Shown here: one piece after another, positions 52,535 to 64,000 of the stretch
Layout: the number at the start of each line of letters is the position of its first letter
How positions within the stretch are numbered: position 1 is the stretch's first letter
Origin: Balanoglossus misakiensis
Taxonomy: Eukaryota; Animalia; Hemichordata
Assembly (NCBI GenBank): GCA_040954595.2
Contig: CM082596.2
Coordinates: 10,064,461 to 10,128,460 of the forward strand
Reading direction: 5' to 3'
DNA: 64,000 bases
Notes under the pieces: generated by a model
What the model was told of the DNA's origin: nothing
Databases searched by the model: none
What the model saw: the letters and a program-made list of their open reading frames with translations, nothing else
Program-made: the position numbers and the translations under genes

Positions 52535-53120
52535 TTTTTTTTTCTGTAGGTCCCACCGGTACTCTTCTTCTTCTCTCTCTCTCTTTCTTTTTTTCTTTTT
52601 CCTCTTCTTTCTTTTCTCTTTTTTTTCCTTTTTTTTTCTTTAGGCCCCAATGGTAACACCATAATCAACCTACTAACGTAAAATTTGATGGATGGAGAGA
52701 GCGGAGTGTCAACCATAGTCAACCTACTAATATAAACTTTGATGGAGGATGGATGGAGCGTCAACCATAGTCAACCTACTAATATAAACTTTGATGGATG
52801 GATGGATGGAGCGGAGCGTCAACCATAGTCAACCTACTAAAATATAAACTTTGATGGATGGATGGTGCCGTGGAGCGTCAACTTAAATGATGGAGAAGTG
52901 GAAGGATGGAGAAGTGGAGTTTTTTTCTCTGTTTTTTCCTCTTTTTTTCCTGTAGGGCTCACTGGTAACACCATAATCAACCTACTAACGTAAAATTTGA
53001 TGGATGGATGAAGCGGCGTGTCAACCATAGTCAACCTACTAATATAAACTTTGATGGATGGATGGATGGAGCATCAACCTAAAGGATGGAGAAGTGGAAG
53101 AATGGAGAAGTGGAGTTTCA
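52535..53120. repeat. Pyrimidine tract plus ~50-bp minisatellite with (GATG)n
   Basis: Repeated TCAACCATAGTCAACCTACTAATATAAACTTTGATGGATGG units; part of the block is duplicated at ~52950-53120. Confidence 0.85.
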
Positions 53121-53433
53121 ACATAATATCCTATTGACCGAAATTATTAGTTAGAGTAATATAGACATACAAAACGAGGTGATCGTAATATAAAACTTAA
53201 TAGTCCAATAAATCGGGTTAATAATTGGTAGTGATTACTTGTTTTAAAATTAGGTTAACAGCAATGGCTTTGTGCAGGGTATGATAATAGGTTCTGAAAT
53301 GTGTATGGTATAATAACGGTGAACAAATTTGAATTTGGTTTAATAAAAGGGTTAAAAATGTGATGATGGTTTTATGGTAAAATTGGAGTGTACACAGGTT
53401 ATAAAGGGGTAACAGTGGTTGCTTGTATGAAGG

Positions 53434-53678
53434 TAATGATAATAGGGTAACAAATGTGACTGGTATAAAAAATGTATAATAACGGGTTCATAATATGATG
53501 ATGGCTTGTGTACACAGGTTATAATGGGTATATGAATGAGAAGGGTATAATAATGGTAATAGGGTAACAAATGTGACTGGTATAAAAAGGTATAATAACG
53601 GGTTCATAATATGATGATGGCTTGTGTACACAGGTTATAATGGGTATATGAATGAGAGGGGTATAATAATGGTAATAA
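53434..53678. repeat. Two copies of 117 bp within C-poor low-complexity sequence
   Basis: GGGTAACAAATGTGACTGG at 53445 and 53562. Confidence 0.85.
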
Positions 53679-54788
53679 CTGTGTCAGGTTTAATAAGGGT
53701 AGCAATTGTGCAAGGGTATAATAACGATTAATAATTGTGGTGATGGCTTATGGTGATATCAAGTATAAAAGGGTGTTTAATATTGATGGTGATGATAAAG
53801 GTATAATAATGATAAATCGTTAAATAAGTGTCCAGGGTCTAATAATCATGTTGGTTCATTCATTGGTTAATGTGAATATTTTATGAATAACATGCTATTA
53901 TTTCTCAGATAGATAATACTCGTCAGCATCGTTATTCGGTGGAATTTCTCGCAACGGTACCCGTGATTGTATTCGCGCATCGACACATTGTACGCGACAG
54001 ACATGCAGAAAATGTTAGCACAATGTTAGGTTAGCTTAACCTCCCCACCCCATCCAAATTCCAAATTTAGCTTAGATCATGGGGTGAGAGGAGGAGAGGA
54101 CAGTTTTTTTCCCTCTTTTGTAATTGGTATGAGGTTTTTTAACTGCCCTTTAGGCGCGTAAATTAAATATGTTATCATACATGTAGTTATCTTGCTTTAT
54201 TTTAAAACAATTGTGAATGAGCTCTGCGAGATTATGTACACGATAGTGTGTTATATAATGCTAAGGTAAAAGTAAATTTAACCCACTAACCCATCACACT
54301 ATTGTGTGCATAATTAGCAGATGCTATTTTGACTAGCCCATTGTTCAACCAAATGACACCTTGTTTCAAAAAGAGCTGAAACTATATTGGTTAATTTCTT
54401 TCAGTTTAACCACATGACACATTGCTTCAAATTGGCCTGCAAGATATGCTACTTGAACTCCCCCCCCCCCCCCCCAAAAAAAAAAAATTAGGGATTAATC
54501 ACTCGCTATATTATGAACATTCACATGAAAATTATGCAACCAAATTAAAGGTATTCTGGAGGCGTCTTCTGATGTCAGGTGGTTCAAATCCACCGATACC
54601 TAAGCTGGAAACATAACTTTTCATTGGTGTTCATGTATGGCGAATAAAACATGCATATTCGTATTATCATATTTCAGAAATGAACGAATTGAATAAGATT
54701 CTTTTCGATATGTCACTATAAACTTTAATCCCATTTCACCCACTTTACTTAAAATGTAATGTTTAAATAGCAAAGAAGTAATCACTAA

Positions 54789-57700
54789 ACTTTGACACCG
54801 GGGTTTAAAATGCATACAGGGATACTAAAAGTTGACTGAAAATCCCTGGGTTAATACGTGTCCAAAAGCAATTTTATTTGACATTGCTAATGCAGCGATG
54901 ACATTGAATCTGATTCTTTGCATCAGGGTAAATTGTGATGCAAGCTTGATGATGCAGCCCGGTAGATAGTGATGCAAACACTTCACTTTGACATGGGTAT
55001 TTAATGCATGTGCATGGGTATTTAATGTTGACTGTAAATCCCCAGGTTAATTCTTGGCCAAAAGCACTGTAATTTGACATTGCTAATGCTACCGTGACAC
55101 TAAATCTGATTCTTTGCATCAGGGTAAATTGTGAAGCAAGCTTGATGATGCATCATGATAGATGGTGTTTCAAGCCCTTCACATTGACATTGGAATATAA
55201 CGCATATGGGGATTGAAAGTTGATTGTGAATCCCCAGGTTAATACTTGGCCAAAAGCACTGTAATTTAAAATTGCTAATGCAATGGTGATATTCAATGTG
55301 ATTCTTTGCATTAGGGGAAATGGTGTAGGAAGCCTAATGGTGCATCAGAGTAGATGGTGATGCAAGCTCTGCACTTTGACATAGGTATTTAATGCATATG
55401 CATGGGTATTTAATGTTGACTGTAAATCCCCAGGTTAATACGTGGCCAAAAGCACTGTAATTTGACATTGCTAATGCTACCGTGACACTAAATCTGATTC
55501 TTTGCATCAGGGTAAATTGTGAAGCAAGCTTGATGATGCATCATGATAGATGGTGTTTCAAGCCCTTCACATTGACATTGGAATATAACGCATATGGGGA
55601 TTGAAAGTTGATTGTGAATCCCCAGGTTAATACTTGGCCAAAAGCACTGTAATTTAAAATTGCTAATGCAATGGTGACATTGAATTTGATTCTTTGCATT
55701 GGGGGAAATGGTGTAGGAAGCCTAATGATGCATCAGAGTAGATGGTGATGCAAGCTCTGCACTTTGACATAGGTATTTAATGCATATGCATGTGTATTTA
55801 ATGTTGACTGTAAATCATCAGGTTAATACGTGGCCATAAGCACTGTAATTTGACATTGCTAATGCAACAATGATATTGAATCTGATTCTTTGCATCAGGG
55901 TTAATGGCATTGCAGGCTTGATGATGCATCCCGGTAGATAGTGAGGCAAACACTTCACTTTGACATGGGTATTTAATGCATGCACATTGATATCTAAAGT
56001 TGACTCTAAATCCCGAGGTTAATACATGGCCAAAAGCACTGTAATTTTAAATTACTAATGCAAGGGTGACATTGAATATGGGTAAATGGTGAAGCAAACG
56101 TGATGATGCATCAGGATAGATGGTGTTTCAAGTCCTTCACATTGACTTTTGAATATAATGCATATGGGGATTTAAAGATGATTATAAATCCCTAGGTTAA
56201 GACATGGCCAAAAGAACTTTTATTTGACATTGCTAATGCAACAGTGACATTGAATCTGATTCTATGCATCAGGGTAAATGGCGAAGCAAGCTTAATGATG
56301 CATCAGGACAGATGGTGTTTCAAGCCCTTCACATTCACATTGGAATATAACGCATATGGGGATTTGAAGTTGACTGTAAATCCTCAGGTTAATACGTGGC
56401 CAAAAGCAATTTTATTTGACATTGCTAATGCAATGGTGACATTGAATCTGATCCTATGCATCAGGGTAAATGGCGATGCAGGCTTGATGATGCATCACGG
56501 TAGATAGTGATGCAAACAGTTCACTTTGACATGGGTTTAAATGGATATGGGGATTTCAAGTTGATTACAAATCCCTGGGTTAATACGTGTCCAAAAGCAA
56601 TGTAATTTGACATTGCTAATGAAATGGTGACATTGAATGTAATTCTCCGCATTAGGGCAAATGGCGAAGCAAGCTTAATGATGCATCGGAGTAGACGGTG
56701 ATGCAAGCTCTGCATTTTGACATAGGTATTAAATGTATATACATGGATATTTAAAGTTGTCTGTAAAACCCCAGGTTAATACATGGCCATAAGCACTATA
56801 ATTTGATATTGCTAATGAAATGGTGACACTGAATCTGATTCTTTGCATCAGGGCATATTGTGAAGCATGCTTGATGATGCATTAGGATCAATAGTGATGG
56901 AAACACTGCACTATGACATGGGCATTTAATGCATACGCATTGATATTTACAGTTGACTCTAAATCCCGAGGTTAATACATGGCTAAAAGCGCTGTTATTT
57001 AAAATTACTAATGCAAGGGTGACATTGACTATGGGTAAATGGTGAAGCAAACGTGATGATGCATCAGGATAGATGGTGTTTTAAGCCCTTCACATTGACT
57101 TTTGAATATAATGCATATGGGGATTTAAAGTTGATTGTAAATCCCTAGGTTAATACATGGCCAAAAGCAATTTTATTTGACATTGCTAATTGAACGATGA
57201 CATTGAATCCGATTCTTTGCATCAGGGTAAATGGCGATGCAAGCTTGATGATGCATCACGGTAGATAGTGATGCAAACACTTTACTTTGACATGGGTATT
57301 AAATGCATATGGGGATTTCAAGTTGATTACAAATCCCTGGGTTAATACGCGTCCAAAAGCACTGTAATTTAACATTGCTAATGCGATGTTGACATTGAAT
57401 GTAATTCTCCGCATTAGGGCAAATGGCAAAGCAAGCTTAATGATGCAATGGAGTAGACGGTGATGCAAGCTATGCATTTTGACATAGGTATTTAATGCAT
57501 GTGCATGGGTATTTAATGTTGAATGTAAATTCTCAGGTTAATACATCTCCAAAAGCACTGTAATTTAAAATTGCTAATGTAAGGGTGACATTGAATCTGA
57601 TTCTTTGCATTAGGGGAAATGGCGTAGCAAGCCTAATGATCCATCTGAGTAGATGGTGATGCAAGCTAAGCATTTTGACATAGGTACTAAATGTATATAC

Positions 57701-60700
57701 ATGGGTATTTAAAGTTGTCTGTAAATCCCCAGGTTAATACATGGCCATAAGCACTATAATTTGACATTGCTAATGAAATGGTGACACTGAATCTGATTCT
57801 TTGCATCAGGGCATATTGTGAAGCATGCTTGATGATGCATTAGGGTCAATAGTGATGGAAACACTGCACTATGACATGGGTATTTAATGCATACGCATTG
57901 ATATTTACAGTTGACTCTAAATCCCGAGGTTAATACATGGCTAAAAGCGCTGTAATTTAAAATTACTAATGCAAAGGTTACATTGAATATGGGTAAATGG
58001 TGAAACAAGCTTGAAGATGCATCAGGGTAGCTGGTGTTTCAAGCCCTTCACATTGACATTGGAATATAATTCATATGGGGATTTAAAATTGATTGTAAAT
58101 CCCTAGGTTAATACATGGCCAAAAGCACTGTAATTTAAAATTGCTAATGCAATGGTGACATTGAATGTGATTCTTTGCATCAGGGCATATTGTGAAGCAT
58201 GCTTGATGATGCATTAGGGTCAATAGTGATGGAAACACTGCACTATGACATGGGTATTTAATGCATACGCATTGATATTTACAGTTGACTCTTAATCCCG
58301 AGGTTAATACATGGCTAAAAGCACTGTAATTTAAAATTACTAATGCAAAGGTTACATTGAATATGGGTAAATGGTGAAGCAAGCTTGAAGATGCATCAGG
58401 GTAGATGGTGTTTCAAGCCCTTCACATTGACATTGGAATATAATGCATATGGGGATTTAAAATTGATTGTAAATCCCTAAGTTAATACGTGGCCAAAAGC
58501 AATTTTATTTGACATTGCTAATGCAATGATGACATTGAATCCGATTCTTTGTATCAGGGTAAATGGCGATGCAAGCTTGATGATGCATCACGGCAGATAG
58601 TGATGCAAACACTTCACTTTGACATGGGCATTAAATGCATATGGGGATTTCAAGTTGATTACAAATCCCTGGGTTAATACGCGTCCAAAAGCACTGTAAT
58701 TTGAAATTGCTAATGCGATGTTGACATTGAATGTAATTCTCCGCATTAGGGCAAATGGCAAAGCAAGCTTAATGATGCAATGGAGTAGACGGTGGTGCAT
58801 GCTATGCATGTTGACATAGGTATTTAATGCATGTGCATGGGTATTTAATGTTGAATGTAAATTCCCAGGTTAATACATCTCCAAAAGCACTGTAATTTAA
58901 AATTGCTAATGTAAGGGTGACATTGAATCTGATTCTTTGCATTATGGGAAATGGCGTAGCAAGCCTAATGATCCATCTGAGTAGATGGTGATGCAAGCTA
59001 AGCATTTTGATATAGGTACTAAATGTATATACATGGGTATTTAAAGTTGTCTGTAAATCCCCAGGTTAATACTTGGCAAAAAGCAATTTTATTTGACATT
59101 GCTAATGAAATGGTGACACTGAATCTGATTCTTTGCATCAGGGTAAATGGCGATGCAAGCTTGATGATGCATCCCGGTAGATAGTGATGCAAACACTTCA
59201 CTGTGACATGGGTATTAAATGCATATGGGGATTAAAAGTTGACTGAAAATCCCTGGGTTAATACAAGTCCAAAAGCACTGAAATTTGACATAGCTAATAC
59301 AATGGTGACATTGAATGTGATTCTTTGCATTAGGGGAAATGGCGTAGCAAGCCTAATGATGCATCAGTGTAGATGGTGATCCAAGCTATGCTTTTTGACA
59401 TAGGTATTTAATGCATGTGCATGGGTATTTAATGTTGACTGTAAATCCCTGGGTTAATACAAATCCAAAAGCACTGTAATTTGACATTGCTAATACAACG
59501 GTGTCATTTAATCTGATTCTTTGCATCAGGGCAAATTGCGAAGCAAGCTTAATGATGCATCGGAGTATATGGTGATGCAAGCTATGCACTTTGACATACG
59601 TATTTAATGCATATGCATTGGTATTTAATGTTGACTGTAAATCCCCAGGTTAATACGTGGCCAAAAGCACTGTAATTTGACATTGCTAATGCTACCGTGA
59701 CACTAAATCTGATTCTTTGCATTAGGGTAAATTGTGAAGCAAGCTTGATGATGCATCAGGATAGATGGTGTTTTAAGCCCCTCACATTGACATTGGAATA
59801 TAACGCATATGGGGATTTAAAGTTAATTGTAAATACCCAGGTTAATACATGGCCAAAAGCACTGTAATTTAAAATTGCTAATGCAATGGTGACATTGAAT
59901 GTGATTCTTTGCAGTAGGGGAACTGGCGTAGCAATCCTAATAGTGCATCAGAGTAGATGGTGATGCAAGCTCTGCACTTTGACATAGGTATTTGATGCAT
60001 ATGCATGTGTATTTAATGTTGACTATAAATCCTCAGGTGAATACATGGCCATAAAGACTATAATTTGACATTGCTAATGAAATGGTGACACTGAATCTGA
60101 TTCTTTGCATCAGGGCATATTGTGAAGCATGCTTGATGATGCATTAGGGTCAATAGTGATGGAAACACTGCACTATGACATGGGTATTTAATGCATACGC
60201 ATTGATATTTACAGTTGACTCTAAATCCCGAGGTTTATACATGGCTAAAAGCGCTGTAATTTAAAATTACTAATGCAAAGGTTACATTGAATATGGGTAA
60301 ATGGTGAAGCAAGCTTGTAGATGCATCAGGGTAGCTGGTGTTTCAAGCCCTTCACATTGACATTGGAATATAATGCATATGGGGATTTAAAGTTGATTGT
60401 AAATCCCTAGGTTAATACATGGCCAAAAGCAATTTTATTTGACATTGCTAATTGAACGATGACATTGAATCCGATTCTTTGCATCAGGGTAAATGGCGAT
60501 GCAAGCTTGATGATGCATCACGGTAGATAGTGATGCAAACACTTTACTTTGACATGGGTATTAAATGCATATGGGGATTTCAAGTTGATTACAAATCCCT
60601 GGGTTAATACGCGTCCAAAAGCACTGTAATTTGACATTGCTAATGCGATGTTGACATTGAATGTAATTCTCCGCATTAGGGCAAATGGCAAAGCAAGCTT

Positions 60701-63700
60701 AATGATGCAATGGAGTAGACCGTGATGCAAGCTATGCATTTTGACATAGGTATTTAATGCATGTGCATGGGTATTAAATGTTGAATGTAAATTCTCAGGT
60801 TAATACATCTCCAAAAGCACTGTAATTTAAAATTGCTAATGTAAGGGTGACATTGAATCTGATTCTTTGCATTAGGGGAAATGGCGTAGCAAGCCTAATG
60901 ATCCATCTGAGTAGATGGTGATGCAAGCTAAGCATTTTGACATAGGTACTAAATGTATATACATGGGTATTTAAAGTTGTCTGTAAATCCCCAGGTTAAT
61001 ACATGGCCATAAGCATTATAATTTGACATTGCTAATGAAATGGTGACACTGAATCTGATTCTTTGCATCAGGGCATATTGTGAAGCATGCTTGATGATGT
61101 ATTAGGGTCAATAGTGATGGAAACACTGCACTATTACATGGGTATTTAATGCATACGCATTGATATTTACAGTTGACTCTAAATCCCGAGGTTAATACAT
61201 GGCTAAAAGCGCTGTAATTTAAAATTACTAATGCAAAGGTTACATTGAATATGGGTAAATGGTGAAGCAAGCTTGAAGATGCATCAGGGTAGCTGGTGTT
61301 TCAAGCCCTTCACATTGACATTGGAATATAATGCATATGGGGATTTAAAATTGATTGTAAATCCCTAGGTTAATACATGGCCAAAAGCACTGTAATTTAA
61401 AATTGCTAGTGCAATGGTGACATTGAATGTGATTCTTTGCATCAGGGCATATTGTGAAGCATGCTTGATGATGCATTAGGGTCAATAGTGATGGAAACAC
61501 TGCACTATGACATGGGTATTTAATGCATACGCATTGATATTTACAGTTGACTCTTAATCCTGAGGTTAATACATGGCTAAAAGCACTGTAATTTAAAATT
61601 ACTAATGCAAAGGTTACATTGAATATGGGTAAATGGTGAAGCAAGCTTGAAGATGCATCAGGGTAGATGGTGTTTCAAGCCCTTCACATTGACATTGGAA
61701 TATAATGCATATGGGGATTTAAAATTGATTGTAAATCCCTAGGTTAATACGTGGCCAAAAGCAATTTTATTTGACATTGCTAATGCAACGATGACATTGA
61801 ATCCGATTCTTTGTATCAGGGTAAATGGCGATGCAAGCTTGATGATGCATCACGGTAGATAGTGATGCAAACACTTCACTTTGACATGGGCATTAAATGC
61901 ATATGGGGATTTCAAGTTGATTACAAATCCCTGGGTTAATACGCGTCCAAAAGCACTGTAATTTGACATTGCTAATGCGATGTTGACATTGAATGTAATT
62001 CTCCGCATTAGGGCAAATGGCAAAGCAAGCTTAATGATGCAATGGAGTAGACAGTGATGCAAGCTATGCATTTTGACATAGGTATTTAATGCATGTGCAT
62101 GGGTATTTAATGTTGAATGTAAATTCCCAGGTTAATACATCTCCAAAAGCACTGTAATTTAAAATTGCTAATGTAAGGGTGACATTGAATCTGATTCTTT
62201 GCATTATGGGAAATTGCGTAGCAAGCCTAATGATGCATCTGAGTAGATGGTGATGCAAGCTAAGCATTTTGATATAGGTACTAAATGTATATACATGGGT
62301 ATTTAAAGTTGTCTGTAAATCCCCAGGTTAATACTTGGCAAAAAGCAATTTTATTTGACATTGCTAATGAAATGGTGACACTGAATCTGATTCTTTGCAT
62401 CAGGGTAAATGGCGATGCAAGCTTGATGATGCATCCCGGTAGATAGTGATGCAAACACTTCACTGTGACATGGGTATTAAATGCATATGGGGATTAAAAG
62501 TTGACTGAAAATCCCTGGGTTAATACAAGTCCAAAAGCACTGAAATTTGACATAGCTAATACAATGGTGACATTGAATGTGATTCTTTGCATTAGGGGAA
62601 ATGGCGTAGCAAGCCTAATGATGCATCAGTGTAGATGGTGATCCAAGCTATGCTTTTTGACATAGGTATTTAATGCATGTGCATGGGTATTTAATGTTGA
62701 CTGTAAATCCCTGGGTTAATACAAATCCAAAAGCACTGTAATTTGACATTGCTAATACAACGGTGTCATTTAATCTGATTCTTTGCATCAGGGCAAATTG
62801 CGAAGCAAGCTTAATGATGCATCGGAGTATATGGTGATGCAAGCTATGCACTTTGACATACGTATTTAATGCATATGCATTGGTATTTAATGTTGACTGT
62901 AAATCCCCAGGTTAATACGTGGCCAAAAGCACTGTAATTTGACATTGCTAATGCTACCGTGACACTAAATCTGATTCTTTGCATTAGGGTAAATTGTGAA
63001 GCAAGCTTGATGATGCATCAGGATAGATGGTGTTTTAAGCCCCTCACATTGACATTGGAATATAACGCATATGGGGATTTAAAGTTAATTGTAAATACCC
63101 AGGTTAATACATGGCCAAAAGCACTGTAATTTAAAATTGCTAATGCAATGGTGACATTGAATGAGATTCTTTGCATCAGGGCATATTGTGAAGCATGCTT
63201 GATGATGCATTAGGGTCAATAGTGATGGAAACACTGCACTATGACATGGGTATTTAATGCATACGCATTGATATTTACAGTTGACTCTTAATCCTGAGGT
63301 TAATACATGGCTAAAAGCACTGTAATTTAAAATTACTAATGCAAAGGTTACATTGAATATGGGTAAATGGTGAAGCAAGCTTGAAGATGCATCAGGGTAG
63401 ATGGTGTTTCAAGCCCTTCACATTGACATTGGAATATAATGCATATGGGGATTTAAAATTGATTGTAAATCCCTAGGTTAATACGTGGCCAAAAGCAATT
63501 TTATTTGACATTGCTAATGCAACGATGACATTGAATCCGATTCTTTGTATCAGGGTAAATGGCGATGCAAGCTTGATGATGCATCACGGTAGATAGTGAT
63601 GCAAACACTTCACTTTGACATGGGCATTAAATGCATATGGGGATTTCAAGTTGATTACAAATCCCTGGGTTAATACGCGTCCAAAAGCACTGTAATTTGA

Positions 63701-64000
63701 CATTGCTAATGCGATGTTGACATTGAATGTAATTCTCCGCATTAGGGCAAATGGCAAAGCAAGCTTAATGATGCAATGGAGTAGACAGTGATGCAAGCTA
63801 TGCATTTTGACATAGGTATTTAATGCATGTGCATGGGTATTTAATGTTGAATGTAAATTCCCAGGTTAATACATCTCCAAAAGCACTGTAATTTAAAATT
63901 GCTAATGTAAGGGTGACATTGAATCTGATTCTTTGCATTATGGGAAATTGCGTAGCAAGCCTAATGATGCATCTGAGTAGATGGTGATGCAAGCTAAGCA
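54789..64000. repeat. ~190-196-bp satellite array with higher-order repeats, running off the window end
   Basis: Monomer marker GACATTGCTAAT/AAAATTGCTAAT at 54880, 55076, 55268 and 55464; ORF-track peptides recur at offsets 3262, 1734, 1332 and 958. Confidence 0.98.

Noticed and set aside
54459-54487. C-run followed by A-run (also ~29946-29967)
   Set aside because: Simple homopolymers, common and error-prone; no further structure
54874-63992. Family of short repeated ORFs (MHSLHH..., MLHHLP...)
   Set aside because: Chance translations of satellite monomers with variable starts and stops and no domain signal

Overview
AT-rich, repeat-dense animal DNA with spliceosomal GT-AG introns; a marine invertebrate origin is an inference. 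No intact protein-coding gene is supported, and nearly all listed ORFs are spurious. Bases 1-25 kb hold a decayed multi-exon Q/S/T/P-rich gene (six exon remnants with stops, frameshifts and a MITE insertion). One of its introns carries a phase-incompatible, tandemly duplicated cassette of calcium-binding EGF exons, overlaid by a near-identical 6072-bp tandem duplication. The introns are full of MITEs, two non-autonomous piggyBac-type families, LINE 3' ends, a SINE and minimal hammerhead-ribozyme-like motifs. Bases 28-52.5 kb are a nest of Helentron/DINE-1-like elements. Inside one ~0.9-kb internal repeat unit, a 116-bp segment has expanded into an ~11.8-kb satellite with local higher-order repeats. 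Bases 54.8-64 kb are a second, ~192-bp satellite with a 3262-bp higher-order repeat. The window looks heterochromatic or pericentromeric. The most notable signals are the readable birth of a satellite from a transposon core, the three-level element nesting and the gene-fragment mosaic. I found no evidence for a new enzymatic system.
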